NCBI GenBank assembly: GCA_963821925.1
Contig: CAWGFO010000010.1
Location: forward strand, 403-64,402
DNA: 64,000 bases
Direction of reading: 5' to 3'
Source: an uncultured Actinomycetes bacterium
GTDB taxonomy: Bacteria > Actinomycetota > UBA4738 > HRBIN12
Part shown: piece after piece, positions 28,932 through 39,709 of the stretch
Layout: every line of letters begins with the position of its first letter
Numbering within the stretch: position 1 is the first letter of the stretch
Made by a program: the position numbers and the translations under genes
The notes under the pieces: generated by a model
The model's input: the letters and a program-made list of their open reading frames with translations, nothing else
The model's database searches: none
What the model was told of the DNA's origin: nothing

Positions 28932-29816
28932 ATGACGTTCTCGATCGTGGGGTTCGACCCGGACAACGGCGACCTCGGGGTCGCGGTGGCCTCCAAATTC
29001 CCGTGCGTCGGCGCCGTGGTGCCGTGGGCCAAGGCCGGGGTCGGCGCCGTGGCCACGCAGTCGTGGGCGAACACGGCCTTCGGACCGGACGGCCTGGCCC
29101 TGATGCAGGGCGGCGCGACCGCGTCGGACGCGCTCGACGCGCTCCTGCGCGACGACGAGGGCCGCGACGACCGCCAGGTGGGGGTCGTGGATGCGCGCGG
29201 GGGGACCGCGACGTTCTCCGGCGCGACGTGCATGGACTGGGCGGGCGGCACCACGGGCGACGCGAGCGCGGGCTCCTTCGCCGCGCAGGGGAACATCCTC
29301 ACGGGCGCCGACGTGGTCGACGAGCTCGCGCGCGCCTTCGCCGAGACCGACGGGGACCTCTGCGACCGCCTCCTGGCCGCGCTCGAGGCCGGCGACGCCG
29401 CGGGCGGGGATCGGCGCGGCCGCCAGTCCGCCGCGCTGCTCGTCGTGCGCGAGGGTGGAGGCTACGAGGGCCGCAACGACCGTTACATCGACCTGCGCGT
29501 CGACGATCACGCCGACCCGATCAGGGAGCTCCGACGGATCTTCGAGGTGTGGGACGACCAGATGCTGATCCGCAACGACCCGCTGTTGCCCGCGACGCCC
29601 GAGCTGGTCGCCGACGTCCAGCGCCGCCTCGCGGCGCTCGGGCACCTCGCGGGCGAGCCGACGGGCGCCCTCGACGACGGCACGCGCGAGGCGCTCGCGG
29701 GGTGGGCGGGCGGCGTGAACCTCGAGGGACGGCTCCGCGACGACGATCAGTTCTCGCAGGCGCTCGTGCGGGAGCTCCGCGACGTGACGCCCGAGATCGC
29801 CGAGCCTGCCGGCTAA
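28932..29816 (+). CDS. DUF1028-family (Ntn-hydrolase-like) protein with a C-terminal peptidoglycan-binding-like domain.
   Basis: MTFSIVGFDPDNGDLGVAVASKFPCVGAVVPWAKAGVGAVATQSWAN… (DUF1028). C-terminal …LAALGHLAGEPTGALDDGTREALAGWAG… is a PG-binding repeat. Confidence 0.7.
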   Translation: MTFSIVGFDPDNGDLGVAVASKFPCVGAVVPWAKAGVGAVATQSWANTAFGPDGLALMQGGATASDALDALLRDDEGRDDRQVGVVDARGGTATFSGATCMDWAGGTTGDASAGSFAAQGNILTGADVVDELARAFAETDGDLCDRLLAALEAGDAAGGDRRGRQSAALLVVREGGGYEGRNDRYIDLRVDDHADPIRELRRIFEVWDDQMLIRNDPLLPATPELVADVQRRLAALGHLAGEPTGALDDGTREALAGWAGGVNLEGRLRDDDQFSQALVRELRDVTPEIAEPAG

Positions 29817-30175
29817 CCGCTGTTCGCTGCGTCGGTGAGCAGCTTCGTGATGATGTGCCCGGCTTGGTAGAGCACGAAGGCCGCGGTGACCGCGGCGATC
29901 ACGATCGCGATCACCAACCCCATGACGCCGCCGAGTCGGCTCTGCCACGAGCCCCGCGTCGGCACGACCGGGATGTAGGCGGTGCCGGGGGTGGGCGTCG
30001 GGGGCCCACCGGTATCCGCACCGTCGGCGGGCCGGGTCTCGCGACCCTCGTCGGCGTCGTCCTCCACCTGCATCGACGAACCGTCGTTGTCCGCCGCACC
30101 CGCGCCACCTGAGTAGCGCATCGAGGCCCAGTAGACGAGGCCTCCCGCCAGCGCGGCGAGCAGCAGGACGATCAC
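29813..30175 (-). CDS. Small membrane protein with two TM helices flanking an acidic Pro/Thr-rich loop.
   Basis: GTG start (VIVLLLAALAGGLVYW…) and a second TM (…VMGLVIAIVIAAVTAAFVLY…). Confidence 0.45.
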   Translation of the reverse strand: MIVLLLAALAGGLVYWASMRYSGGAGAADNDGSSMQVEDDADEGRETRPADGADTGGPPTPTPGTAYIPVVPTRGSWQSRLGGVMGLVIAIVIAAVTAAFVLYQAGHIITKLLTDAANSG

Positions 30176-30311
30176 GTAGCCCAACGAACAGCACTCCTCT
30201 CGGCTTCCGGAGCCTACCCCGCCTCGATACCCACGGGAACCAAGGCGCCCGCAGGGCTCCGGCTCTGACCACGGCGGAGCTCCACCCTCCCCGTACCATG
30301 GATGCCGTCCC

Positions 30312-31295
30312 GTGAAACGCATCCTGAAGATCGTCGGCGTCGTGCTGGGCCTCGCGCTCGTCTTCGCCGTGGGCTTCGTCCGGCTCCCGTACTACGCGAT
30401 CGGCCCGGGGCCGGCCGACGAGGTGATCCCGCTGATCCGGGTGGGCGGGGGGCAACCGACCTACCCACCGTCGGGCAAGCTGATCATGACGACGGTGTCC
30501 TTCTATCAGGTCACCGCGCTCCAGGCGTTCCGGGCGTGGGCGGACCCGAACCTCGCGCTGGTCGCGGACGAGGTCCTGTATCCGCCGGGGCTCGACCGCG
30601 CCACCGAGGACCAGCGTGCCCGGTCGCAGATGGATCAGAGCAAGATCGACGCCGCGATCGTCGTGCTGACCGAGCTCGAGGGCTACCCCAAGTCGCACGG
30701 TACCGGCGCCCTGATCGAGCAGACGTTCCCCGGTTGTCCGGCCGACGGCGAGCTGTTCTCAGGCGATCTGATCCTCGCGATCGACGGCGAGCGGGTGGAC
30801 GATCGAGCCGAGGCATCGGACCTGATCGGCGGGGTGCCGCCGCACGAGGCGCTCGACTTCCGGGTCCGGGCGGGCGGCGAGACCCACGACGTCGAGGTGG
30901 CCAAGCGCCCGTGCGGCGGGAGCAAGGACCCGCTCGTCGGGGTCTCGCTCGTCGACAACTTCCCGTTCCCGATCGAGATCTCGAGCGGGAACGTCGGCGG
31001 TCCGTCGGCCGGGCTGATGTTCTCGCTCGGTCTGTACGACCTCCTGACCCCGGGCGACCTCACCGCGGGACGCACGATCGCCGGCACGGGCACGATCACG
31101 CCCGACGGTCAGGTCGGTCCGATCGGCGGGATCACCGACAAGGTCGTCGCGGCCGAGCGGGTCGGCGCGACGGTGTTCCTCGTACCGAAGGAGAACATGG
31201 CCGCCCTCGAGGGCGTCGACACGGGCGACATGCGCCTGATCGAGGTGGCGACCTTCGACGACGCGGTGGAGGCCTTGCGCCGGACGGCGTCGTAG
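30312..31295 (+). CDS. PDZ-domain protein with a Lon-protease (S16) C-terminal-like domain (YlbL/SdrC-like).
   Basis: N-terminal TM, a PDZ (…GDLILAIDGERVD…), then …VGGPSAGLMFSLGLYDLLTPGDLTAGRTIAGTGTI… (Lon_C-like, Ser-Lys dyad region). Confidence 0.75.
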   Translation: MKRILKIVGVVLGLALVFAVGFVRLPYYAIGPGPADEVIPLIRVGGGQPTYPPSGKLIMTTVSFYQVTALQAFRAWADPNLALVADEVLYPPGLDRATEDQRARSQMDQSKIDAAIVVLTELEGYPKSHGTGALIEQTFPGCPADGELFSGDLILAIDGERVDDRAEASDLIGGVPPHEALDFRVRAGGETHDVEVAKRPCGGSKDPLVGVSLVDNFPFPIEISSGNVGGPSAGLMFSLGLYDLLTPGDLTAGRTIAGTGTITPDGQVGPIGGITDKVVAAERVGATVFLVPKENMAALEGVDTGDMRLIEVATFDDAVEALRRTAS

Positions 31296-31366
31296 CTCCA
31301 CCCGTGCGTTAGGCTGGCGGCACGGCGCGCTCCCCGCGCCGCTGTCCGAGGAGGGCACCCGAGGGG

Positions 31367-34294
31367 ATGGCGAGCGTGAGCATGCGGATCCCGCGTCAGC
31401 GACGCTGGCCGGCGATCCTGATCGCGGTCCTGGTGATCCTCGCCGTGCTGTTCACGGTGGCGTCGCAGTTCTACATCGACCTCCTCTGGTACCGCGAGGT
31501 CGACCTGGGATCGGTGTTCTGGACGACCTTGCGCAGCAAGGTTCTGCTCGGGCTCGCGTTCGCGATCGTGTTCTTCCTGCTGCTCTACGTGAACCTCGTG
31601 ATCGTCCGGCGCATGAAGCCCGAGACCCGGATCCTCACCCCCGACCAGGAGATCGTCGAACGGATCCGCCAGCAGTTCGAGCCGATGCTGCGGTGGTTGC
31701 TCCCGCTCGGGTGCGCGCTGCTCGCGCTCTTCGTCGGGATCGGCGTGTCCCGGCAGTGGCAGACGTTCCTGCTCTGGAGGAGCAGCTCCGGCATCGACTT
31801 CGGGAACCCCGAGCCGCTCTTCGGGCGTGACCCGTCGTTCTACGTGTTCTCGCTCCCGTGGCTGAAGTTCGTGCAGGGGTGGCTCTTCTCGACCCTCGTG
31901 GCCGTGACCTTCCTCGTGGGGCTCGCGCACTTCCTCTGGGGCGGGATCCGCCCGCAGGCGCCGCTGCTCGCGGACAAGGTGATGCCGGCCGCCCGCGCCC
32001 ACCTCTCGGTGCTGCTCGGGCTGATCATGCTGGTGAAGGCCTGGGGCTACTACCTCGGGCGGTTCGACCTCCTGGAGTCCACGCGCGGGGTGGTGCAGGG
32101 CGCGTCCTATACGGACGTGAACGCGCAGCTGCCCGCGCTGAACTTCCTCGCGATCGTGGCCGTGATCTGCGCGATCCTGTTCTTCGTCAACATCCGGCTG
32201 CGGATATGGGCGCTGCCGATCATCGCGGTGCTGCTGCTCGCGATCGTCTCGGTCCTCCTGGGCACCGCGTACCCGGCCTTCGTCCAGCGCTTCCGCGTCG
32301 CCCCGCAGGAGTATCAGCGCGAGCTGCCCTACATCGAGGACAACATCGCGGGCACGCGCCGGGCGTTCGGTCTCGATACCGATCGACGTCGAGAACCGTC
32401 CGGTCGACCCGCTCCTGACGGCGCGCGACATCAAGGACAACCCGACCACGATCCAGAACATCCGCTTGTGGCGTCAAGGCATCCTGAAGGAGAACTTCCA
32501 GTCGTCGCAGCGGATCCGTGAGTACTACGAGTTCAAGGACGTCGACGTCGACCGGTACACGCTCGCGAACGGTGACCGGCGCGTGCTGATGCTGTCGGGT
32601 CGCGAAGTGACCCAGACGGGGATCCCCGAACAGGCGCAGACGTGGCAGAACACGCATCTCGTCTACACGCACGGGTTCGGGGCGGTGGCCGCGCAGGTGA
32701 ACCAGGCGACGACGGAGGGCGCGCCGGTCTTGACCGTCCGCGACATCCCACCCGTGGGCGAGCCGGTCGCCGAGCAGCCACGCATCTACTACGGCGAGGT
32801 CCAGGACGTGCCGTTCGTGATCACGAATACCAAGACGTCCGAGCTCGACTACGAGGGCGCGCCCACGACCGAGCAGTACGTCTACGAGGGCACCGGGGGC
32901 ATCCCGATGGGCAACGTCCTCCAGCGCGCGCTCTTCGCCTGGCGGTTCCGCGACGTGAACCTGTTGATCTCGGGTCAGCTCGACGCGAACAGCCGGATCA
33001 TGCTCTACCGCGACATCCAGACGCGGGCGACGAAGGCCGTGCCGTTCCTGACGTTCGACTCCGACCCGTACCTCGCGATCGTGGACGGGAAGCCCGTCTG
33101 GATCTGGGATGCCTACACCTCGACGAACCAGTACCCGTACTCGGAGTCGGTGAACCTCGCCGACGCCACCGACGGGCTGCTGCCGAGCTCGACCGGCGAC
33201 GTGAACTACATCAGGAACTCGGTGAAGGTGGTGGTGGACGCCTACAGCGGCACCCTGACGTACTACGCGGACGACGGCCCCGACGGCGACCCGATCGTGC
33301 GCGCGTGGGCGGCCGCGTTCCCGGGGCTGTTCACCTCGATCGACGAGGCCCCGCAGGACCTGCGCGAGCACTTCCGCTACCCCGAGAACCTCTTCCAGAC
33401 GCAGGCCACGCAGTTCGCGAACTACCACGTCACCGACACGCAGGTCTTCTACCAGAAGCAGGACTTCTGGCAGATCCCGGAGGACCCGACGACCGCGCAG
33501 GAGGCCGCCGACGGCGCGCCGTCGCCAACCTCAGGATCCGCCCCTACTACCTGTTGCTGAAGGCGCCGGGCGACACCACGGAGCGATTCCAGCTGGTGCT
33601 GCCGCTCGTGCCGCAGGGCCGGCCGAACCTGGTGTCGTGGATCGCCGCGGACTCCGACCCGGAGAACTACGGGCAGACGGTGGCCTTCACGTTCCCGTCG
33701 GGGGCCAACGTCGAAGGGCCCGCGCAGATCTTCTCCCGGATCAACCAGAACCCGCAGTTCTCCGCCGAGCGGTCACTGCTCGACCAGGGCGGGTCCACGG
33801 TGCAGTTCGGGGATCTGCTGGTGATCCCACTGAACGATGCGTTCCTGTGGGTCCAGCCCGTGTACGTGCGCTCGGCACAGACGCAGGCGGTGCCCGAGCT
33901 CAAGCGGGTCGTCGTCGTGAACGGCACGACCGTGGGCGTCGGGAACACGCTGGCGGACGCCTTGGCCGCCTCGGTGGAGGGACAGGTGCCCGACGGCGGC
34001 GGAGGAGGGGGCGGCGAACCGATCGGTACGGTCAGCCAGCAGGTCGCGGCGCTCCTCGACGAAGCGCTCCGGCACTTCACGCTCGCCGACGCGGCGCTGA
34101 AGGCCGGCGACCTCGCGACGTACCAGGACGAGCTCTCGCAGGCGCAGGATCTCGTGACGCAGGCGAACGACCTCGCCAAGCAGGAAGCCGGCGCGACCGC
34201 GTCTCCGACCGCGACGGCGACCGCATCCGCGTCGGCCCCGCGAGCCCGTAGGCGATCAGTCGACCGGGCAGGCGGAAGTCGAGGTCCGCGGTGA
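31367..34294 (+). CDS. UPF0182-family large membrane protein with two frame changes (about 32380 and about 33525).
   Basis: N-terminal polytopic region, then the conserved …IDVENRPVDPLLTARDIKDNPTTIQNIRLW… and …NLRIRPYYLLLKAPGDTTERFQLVLPLVP…FTFPSG… segments. These lie in three different frames: ORFs 31367.., 32466.. and 32642... Confidence 0.7.
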
Positions 34295-35817
34295 TGTCGG
34301 CGACGTCCATCTGTGCCTTCTGGAGCCGACCGCTGTAGTCCCAGTTCATCGACTGCCACCGCGTGAACTGGTCGAGCACCCACATCCCGGACTGGCGCGA
34401 GCCGTTGCCGCTCTTGCCGTTGCCGCCGAAGGGGAGGTGCGCCTCGGCGCCGCTCGTCGAGTTGTTCACGCTCACCATCCCGGCGCTGATCCGCTCGCGG
34501 AACCGGAACGCGTGGAGCGGGTTCGTCGTGTAGATCGACGACGAGAGCCCGTAGCCGTGGCCGTTCGCGAGCGCGATCGCCTCGTCGAAGTCGTCGAAGC
34601 GCGCGACGCCGACGATCGGGCCGAACGTCTCCGTGCGGTAGAGGTCGTCGTCGGCCGTCACGCCGTCGACGATCGTCGGGTGGTAGTAGAGCCCGGTCCC
34701 CGGGTCGCCGACGAAGCCGTCCCGCGGGTCGTCGACGGTGATCCGGCCGGTGCCGGTCGAGCCGTGCAGCGTGTGGTGCGGGCGGACGAGCTCGAGCCAG
34801 TCCTCGAACCGATCGCAGAAGCGCCGGCTGATCATCGGTCCGTACAGCACGTCCTGGGTCGGATCGCCGATCGCGGCCCCGCGGGTGGCCGCATCGAACC
34901 GGGCCACGAAGTCGTCGTGCACGCTCGCGTGGACGATGGCGGTGCCGAGCGACGTGCACCGCTGCCCGGCCGTCCCGAACCCGCTGAAGAGGGCGCCCTC
35001 GACGGCCAGGTCGAGGTCGGCGTCGGGCATCACCACGAGCGGGTTCTTCCCGCCGAGCTCGAGGCAGGCCGTCTGGAGGTGCCGGCCGGTGAGCTCGCCG
35101 ATCCGGCGGCCCACCTCGGTCGAGCCCGTGAAGCCGACCTTGTCGACGAGCCGCTCGTCGAGCGCGCGCTCGAGTCCCTCGAACGTCGCGGGCCCGTCGG
35201 CGAGCACCATGTTCACGACGCCCTCCGGGAAGCCGGCGTGGAGCAGCAGTTGCGTGAAGGCCTCGGCGGTGGCCGGCGTGTACTCCGCGGGCTTCCAGAC
35301 CACGGCGTTGCCGCAGAGCAACGCGGGGACCAGGTACCAGGAGGGGACCGCGACCGGGAAGTTCCCGGCCGTGACGATCGTGGCGACGCCCACCGGTACG
35401 CGGAACGTGAAGAGCTGTTTGTCCGGCATCTCGCTCGGGACGGTCTGGCCGTAGAGCCGGCGTCCCTCGCCCAGGAAGAAGTTGCAGGTGTCGACGACCT
35501 CCTGCACCTCGCCGCGCGACTCGCGTATCGGCTTGCCGATCTCGCGCGTGATCAGGGCCGAGAGCGCCTCGAAGTTGTCCTCCACGAGGCGACCGAACTG
35601 CTGGATCGCGCGGCCGCGCACCGGCGCCGGGAACGGCCGCCCACCCGGGCTGCGCCGCGCGCGCCGTGCGCGCCGCCTCGACGAGCGTGCCGGCATCGCC
35701 GACGAGGGCCTCGGCGACGGTCTGCGAGAGGTCGGCGGGGTTCGAGACGGTCAGGTGGCCGCCGGGCGCGTCGGTGCGCGCACGGCCGCCGATCATGGAA
35801 GCGACGGTTCGGGTCAT
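34250..35817 (-). CDS. Aldehyde dehydrogenase family protein (succinate-semialdehyde/aldehyde DH-like), with a frame change near 35630. The 3' end is approximate.
   Basis: …FTGSTEVGRRIGE…LELGGKNPLVV…EGALFSGFGTAGQRCTS… and …PFGGNGKSGNG…. The N-terminal 60 codons are in the frame of 33667..35817 and the rest in the frame of 34077..35696. Confidence 0.75.
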
Positions 35818-35856
35818 GCGGGCGATGGTACGCGAGCGGGGAGGGCGGACGCAGGC

Positions 35857-36264
35857 TCAGCCGCAGCCGGTCTTCGCGAAGGTCAGGGTCATCGCGCCCG
35901 GTCCAGGCAACGGGACCGATATCGGTCGCGAGGTGTCCGGTACGAAGGACCCGATATCGACGAACCTCGTCGCCGGGCCGTGATCCGCCGTGACGGTGAT
36001 CCGGCCGGTCGCTCGGTCGCACGATCCCGTGTACGTGACGACCGCCGTCAGGCTGTTGCCCTCGCGGCGGACCTTCATCACCTTGAACGCGTGCGGGGCG
36101 AAGAGGGTAGCCCCGGAGTCGGTCATGACGGCCCCGCTCCGTGCGGGCGTCGGTGATCGGTCGATCGAGCGCGGTGGCTCGTGCGCGTTGCCTCCGGTGC
36201 ACGATGCCAGCCCGAAGCCCAGGGCGACGAGGATGATGAGCACGAACGGCGATCGACGCGTCAT
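35857..36264 (-). CDS. Small lipoprotein (135 aa).
   Basis: MTRRSPFVLIILVALGFGLASC|TGG signal and lipobox. Confidence 0.5.
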   Translation of the reverse strand: MTRRSPFVLIILVALGFGLASCTGGNAHEPPRSIDRSPTPARSGAVMTDSGATLFAPHAFKVMKVRREGNSLTAVVTYTGSCDRATGRITVTADHGPATRFVDIGSFVPDTSRPISVPLPGPGAMTLTFAKTGCG

Positions 36265-36390
36265 CGGGCTGCCTCGCATCGGGCGCATCGTCGCACGCGG
36301 GCTACCTGATCGCTGGAACGCGGTGGGATGGCGTCGCTCCGCCGGTCGTCCGTACGCTGGGTGCCGACGACCGAGACGGAAGGAGGCCGA

Positions 36391-37182
36391 GTGCCGCCAC
36401 TGGATCGCATCTCGGTGATGCGGCGGCTCGCGGAGGCCGGGTGCGTCGCCCCGGACGCTGAAGCGGACGAGCTGACCCGTGCCGCCGGGGGCGACCCCGA
36501 TGTGCTCGAGGATCTGGTAGCTCGGCGCACCGTCGGTGAGCCGATCGCCTGGCTGACGGGCGGGGTCACGTTCGGCGGCGTCCGACTCTCCGTCGCACCC
36601 GGTGTATACGTGCCGCGACCCCAGACCGAGCCACTCGCGCGCCGAGCGGCGTCGCTCCTCTCTCCGCTGGGTGTGGCCGTGGATCTCTGTACGGGGGCAG
36701 GAGCGATCGCGGCCGTGCTGACCGCGGTCGTGCCGGGCGCCACCGTGCTCGCGACCGAGCTCGACCCGGTCGCGGTTCGATGTGCCCGCGCGAACGGCGT
36801 CGAGGTGTTCGAGGGGTATCTCGACGACCCGCTCCCGGCGGAGGTCGAGCACCGCGTCGACGTGCTGACGGCCGTGGTGCCGTACGTGCCGACAGACGCG
36901 ATCCGCCTGCTCCCGCGCGACGTCCGGGTGTTCGAGCCACGGCTCGCGCTGGACGGCGGTGCCGACGGAACGGACCTGTTGGCGGAGGTCGTGCGGAGAG
37001 GTCCGCGTTGGCTGCGTCCAGGTGGGTGGCTGTTGCTGGAGCTGGGCGGTGACCAGGCCGCACCGATCGGACGCCTGCTCGACCGGTTCGGCTTCGAGGA
37101 TGTCGACCTCATGGTGGACGAGGACGACGACCCTCGCGCGATCTGCTCCCGGCTCGGCGCGGCGCGCCGACCGCCTCGGTGA
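36391..37182 (+). CDS. HemK/PrmC-like class I SAM-dependent methyltransferase (putative protein N5-glutamine MTase).
   Basis: …GEPIAWLTGGVTFGGVRLSV…VPRPQTE…VDLCTGAGAIA… and an NPPY-like region …VVPYVPT…. Confidence 0.7.
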   Translation: MPPLDRISVMRRLAEAGCVAPDAEADELTRAAGGDPDVLEDLVARRTVGEPIAWLTGGVTFGGVRLSVAPGVYVPRPQTEPLARRAASLLSPLGVAVDLCTGAGAIAAVLTAVVPGATVLATELDPVAVRCARANGVEVFEGYLDDPLPAEVEHRVDVLTAVVPYVPTDAIRLLPRDVRVFEPRLALDGGADGTDLLAEVVRRGPRWLRPGGWLLLELGGDQAAPIGRLLDRFGFEDVDLMVDEDDDPRAICSRLGAARRPPR

Positions 37183-37189
37183 CGTCGAG

Positions 37190-37903
37190 CTACGGCGTCA
37201 GGTCGGCGCAGAGGACCTCGATCGGCACGGACACGTTGGTGCCGGGGGACGGGAACAGCGTGAACGTGAACTGCAGATCCCAGGGACGCGCGAGCGGACT
37301 CGTGACCCCCGAGCGCGTGTGCATCAGCTGTCCCTGGAGGTAGAAGGTCTCCGAACCCATCGGACCGATCGCGCGGTCGTTCTTGTCGCACGAGAGCACG
37401 ACCGTCGTGGACGTCGGTGAGGTGCCCGAGGGGCTGTCATAGGTGAGGAACCCTGTGCGCGAGTAGAAGCGAAGGACCCCAGGAGCCCCCGGATCGCCCT
37501 TCGGCCCACGCTCGCCCTGGATCCCCTGGTCGCCCTTCGGCCCACGCTCGCCTTGGAGCCCTTGCTCGCCCCCCGGTCCACGGTCGCCCTGCAGTCCCTG
37601 CTCACCCTGCGGCCCGTGCTCACCCTGCGGCCCGCGCTCACCCTGCGGTCCCTGCTCCCCCTGCGGCCCTTGGGGACCCTGAGGCCCGACCGGCCCGGTC
37701 TCGTTCCACTGGACCAGCACGCTTCCCCCGGTGCAGGTCGGGGTCTCGTTCACCGACAGGGTGCCGAGGATCACCTTCCCGTTCTTCGCGCAGGCGGCGA
37801 AGAGGTCGCCGTCGGTGCCCGCCCAGGCGAACCCCCCGGCGACGAACGAGGCCGTGATGGCTGATGAGGCGAGGCCGATCGCGATGGCCCGGCGGACTGT
37901 CAT
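37190..37903 (-). CDS. Secreted collagen-like triple-helix repeat protein.
   Basis: Signal peptide [28 protein letters not shown]. About 25 uninterrupted Gly-X-Y triplets ([73 protein letters not shown]). Non-repetitive C-terminal domain of about 95 aa. Confidence 0.75.
   Translation of the reverse strand: MTVRRAIAIGLASSAITASFVAGGFAWAGTDGDLFAACAKNGKVILGTLSVNETPTCTGGSVLVQWNETGPVGPQGPQGPQGEQGPQGERGPQGEHGPQGEQGLQGDRGPGGEQGLQGERGPKGDQGIQGERGPKGDPGAPGVLRFYSRTGFLTYDSPSGTSPTSTTVVLSCDKNDRAIGPMGSETFYLQGQLMHTRSGVTSPLARPWDLQFTFTLFPSPGTNVSVPIEVLCADLTP
37478..37699. repeat. Coding (GXY)n collagen-triplet repeat region, with 9-bp periodicity at the nucleotide level.
   Basis: Repeated ctgcggcccgtgctcaccctgcggcccgcgctcaccctgcggtccctgctc-type units on the plus strand. 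Confidence 0.8.
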
Positions 37904-38076
37904 GGAACCCTCCTCGGGGAAGTGTTTCGGTTGGCGTCGTACCCACAGAGAATCGGCAGATAGCGGTAGGTTCCTGCAGCGACCTCCGGCCAGTTCGTGG
38001 GTCGGCCGAGTGACCGAGCACCGCGGGGGCGAGGGGGAGGCCGTTCCCATCGCTCGGGCGTTTGCTAGCATCGTCG

Positions 38077-38150
38077 TGCGGGGTGGAGCAGTCCGGTAGC
38101 TCGCTGGGCTCATAACCCAGAGGTCACAGGTTCAAATCCTGTCCCCGCGA
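38077..38150 (+). tRNA. tRNA-Met (anticodon CAT) with initiator features. No genomically encoded CCA.
   Basis: Cloverleaf read directly: acceptor tgcgggg/ccccgcg, D-stem gagc/gctc (A11:U24), anticodon stem ctggg/cccag with three consecutive G:C pairs next to the loop ctCATaa, T-arm acagg-ttcaaat-cctgt, discriminator A. Closely resembles actinobacterial tRNA-fMet. Confidence 0.85.
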
Positions 38151-38356
38151 CGAAGGAACGCGCAGAAGGGGTCTCGGGGAACCGGGGCCCCTTCGGCGTT
38201 CGGCCCGGAGAGGAGCGAGCGAGGGCGTGCGCTTCGCCGCCCAACGGACGAAGCCCGGCGTCCTGCTTCGGCTCCGCGCCGAGGATCCTCGCGTGTGGGA
38301 CCTGTCCGGGATCCTCCCGTCGTAGGCCTCGGCGCCCCACCCGTTAGACTCGCGCC

Positions 38357-39709
38357 ATGCGCCGCTTCCCCCGAGCTCTCGCATCCCTCGTCGCGCTGGC
38401 CACGGCGCTCGCCCTCGCCCCGTCGCTCCCGGCCTCGGCGGCCCCGACGATGCGGAATCCCGGCGACCCCCACTACGGGACCGAACTCTCGACGGGTGGC
38501 CAAGGGCACGTGTGGCTCGGCACCCACCGCATCGCCTTCACGAACCTGGAGCCCGGCCCGCTGGCCACGATCTATCTTCGGCTGTGGTCGAACGGCGTGC
38601 TCGGGTGCGCGGCGGGCTCGATCCTGATCTCGAACCTGCAGGGCGGGACGATCTCCGCCACGACTCAGCGCTGCACGGCGGTCGAGATCACGCTCGACGC
38701 GCCGCTCGCGCCGGGAGCGCGGACCTCGATCTCGATGGACCTGCGGATCGAGGTGCCGGCGGAGAACGATCGGTTCGGTTTCCACAAGGGTCTGGCGCTG
38801 ATCGGCACCGCCCTGCCGACGCTCGCGATCCACGACGACGGCGGCTGGCACCTCGACCCGTTCGCCGACCTGGGGGAGAGCTTCTATTCGATCGTCGGTT
38901 CGTACCGGGTGACCCTGGAGACGCCGCGAGCGCTCGACACGCCGACCACCGGCGTCCTGGTCGACCGTCAGGGCGCAGGTCCCGGCCGCGAGTCGCGCAC
39001 GTACGCGGCCCGTGATGTGCGCGACTTCGCGTGGGCCGCGGCCCGCCTGACGACCATCACCGCGCGCTCGGGCGCCACCCGCGTCGTGGTCTCGTATCAG
39101 CCGGACGCCGTCACGCGCCGCAGGGCCGAGGCGCGCCTCCGCGATGCGGTCGACTCGATGGACACGTTCTCGGCGGCGTTCGGGACGTACCCGTACCGCG
39201 AGATGGATGTCGTCCTCGCGGGGTTCGCGTCGTTCGGCGGGATGGAGTACCCGACGGTGATCTTCACGAACCCGGCTCGGCTCACCGTCTCGCACGAGCT
39301 CGCGCACCAGTGGTGGTACGGGATCGTGGGCGACGACGAGTACACCGAGCCCTGGCTGGACGAGTCGTTCGCGACCTGGTCGCAGTACCTGCCCTTCGGC
39401 CCCTGGCGCGCCTGCAAGAGGTACACGTTCCCCGGCTCGGGAGCGCGGATCACGAACGACATGGGGTACTGGGGCGCGCACCCCGGCGAGTACGGCACGA
39501 TCTACGGTGGGGGCGGCTGTCTGCTCGCGAACCTCGCACACCGCTTCGGCCTGCATCGCTTCACCGCGATCCTCCGTTCCCATGCGCGCGCACACTGGCT
39601 GGGGGTCGCCCGTACCGCGGGATTCAAGGCCCGGATCGAGGCGGCGGCCGCGAAGCGTCTGCCCGATCTCGACATGGCCGCGTATTGGTCGACCTGGCGC
39701 GTGGACTGA
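38357..39709 (+). CDS. Secreted M1-family-like zinc metallopeptidase (gluzincin, aminopeptidase-N-like core).
   Basis: Signal peptide, HEXXH plus E (…VSHELAHQWWYG…WLDESFATW…) and a GxMEN-like …FGGMEYPTVIF…. Confidence 0.75.
   Translation: MRRFPRALASLVALATALALAPSLPASAAPTMRNPGDPHYGTELSTGGQGHVWLGTHRIAFTNLEPGPLATIYLRLWSNGVLGCAAGSILISNLQGGTISATTQRCTAVEITLDAPLAPGARTSISMDLRIEVPAENDRFGFHKGLALIGTALPTLAIHDDGGWHLDPFADLGESFYSIVGSYRVTLETPRALDTPTTGVLVDRQGAGPGRESRTYAARDVRDFAWAAARLTTITARSGATRVVVSYQPDAVTRRRAEARLRDAVDSMDTFSAAFGTYPYREMDVVLAGFASFGGMEYPTVIFTNPARLTVSHELAHQWWYGIVGDDEYTEPWLDESFATWSQYLPFGPWRACKRYTFPGSGARITNDMGYWGAHPGEYGTIYGGGGCLLANLAHRFGLHRFTAILRSHARAHWLGVARTAGFKARIEAAAAKRLPDLDMAAYWSTWRVD

Noticed and set aside
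29813-30322. Full 169-aa ORF upstream of the small membrane protein.
   Set aside because: The first 46 codons (MRFTGRHPWYGEGGAPPWSEPEPCGRLGSRGYRGG…) are low-complexity and overlap the DUF1028 gene's 3' region. An internal GTG/TTG start at about 30,175–30,184 gives a sensible two-TM protein.
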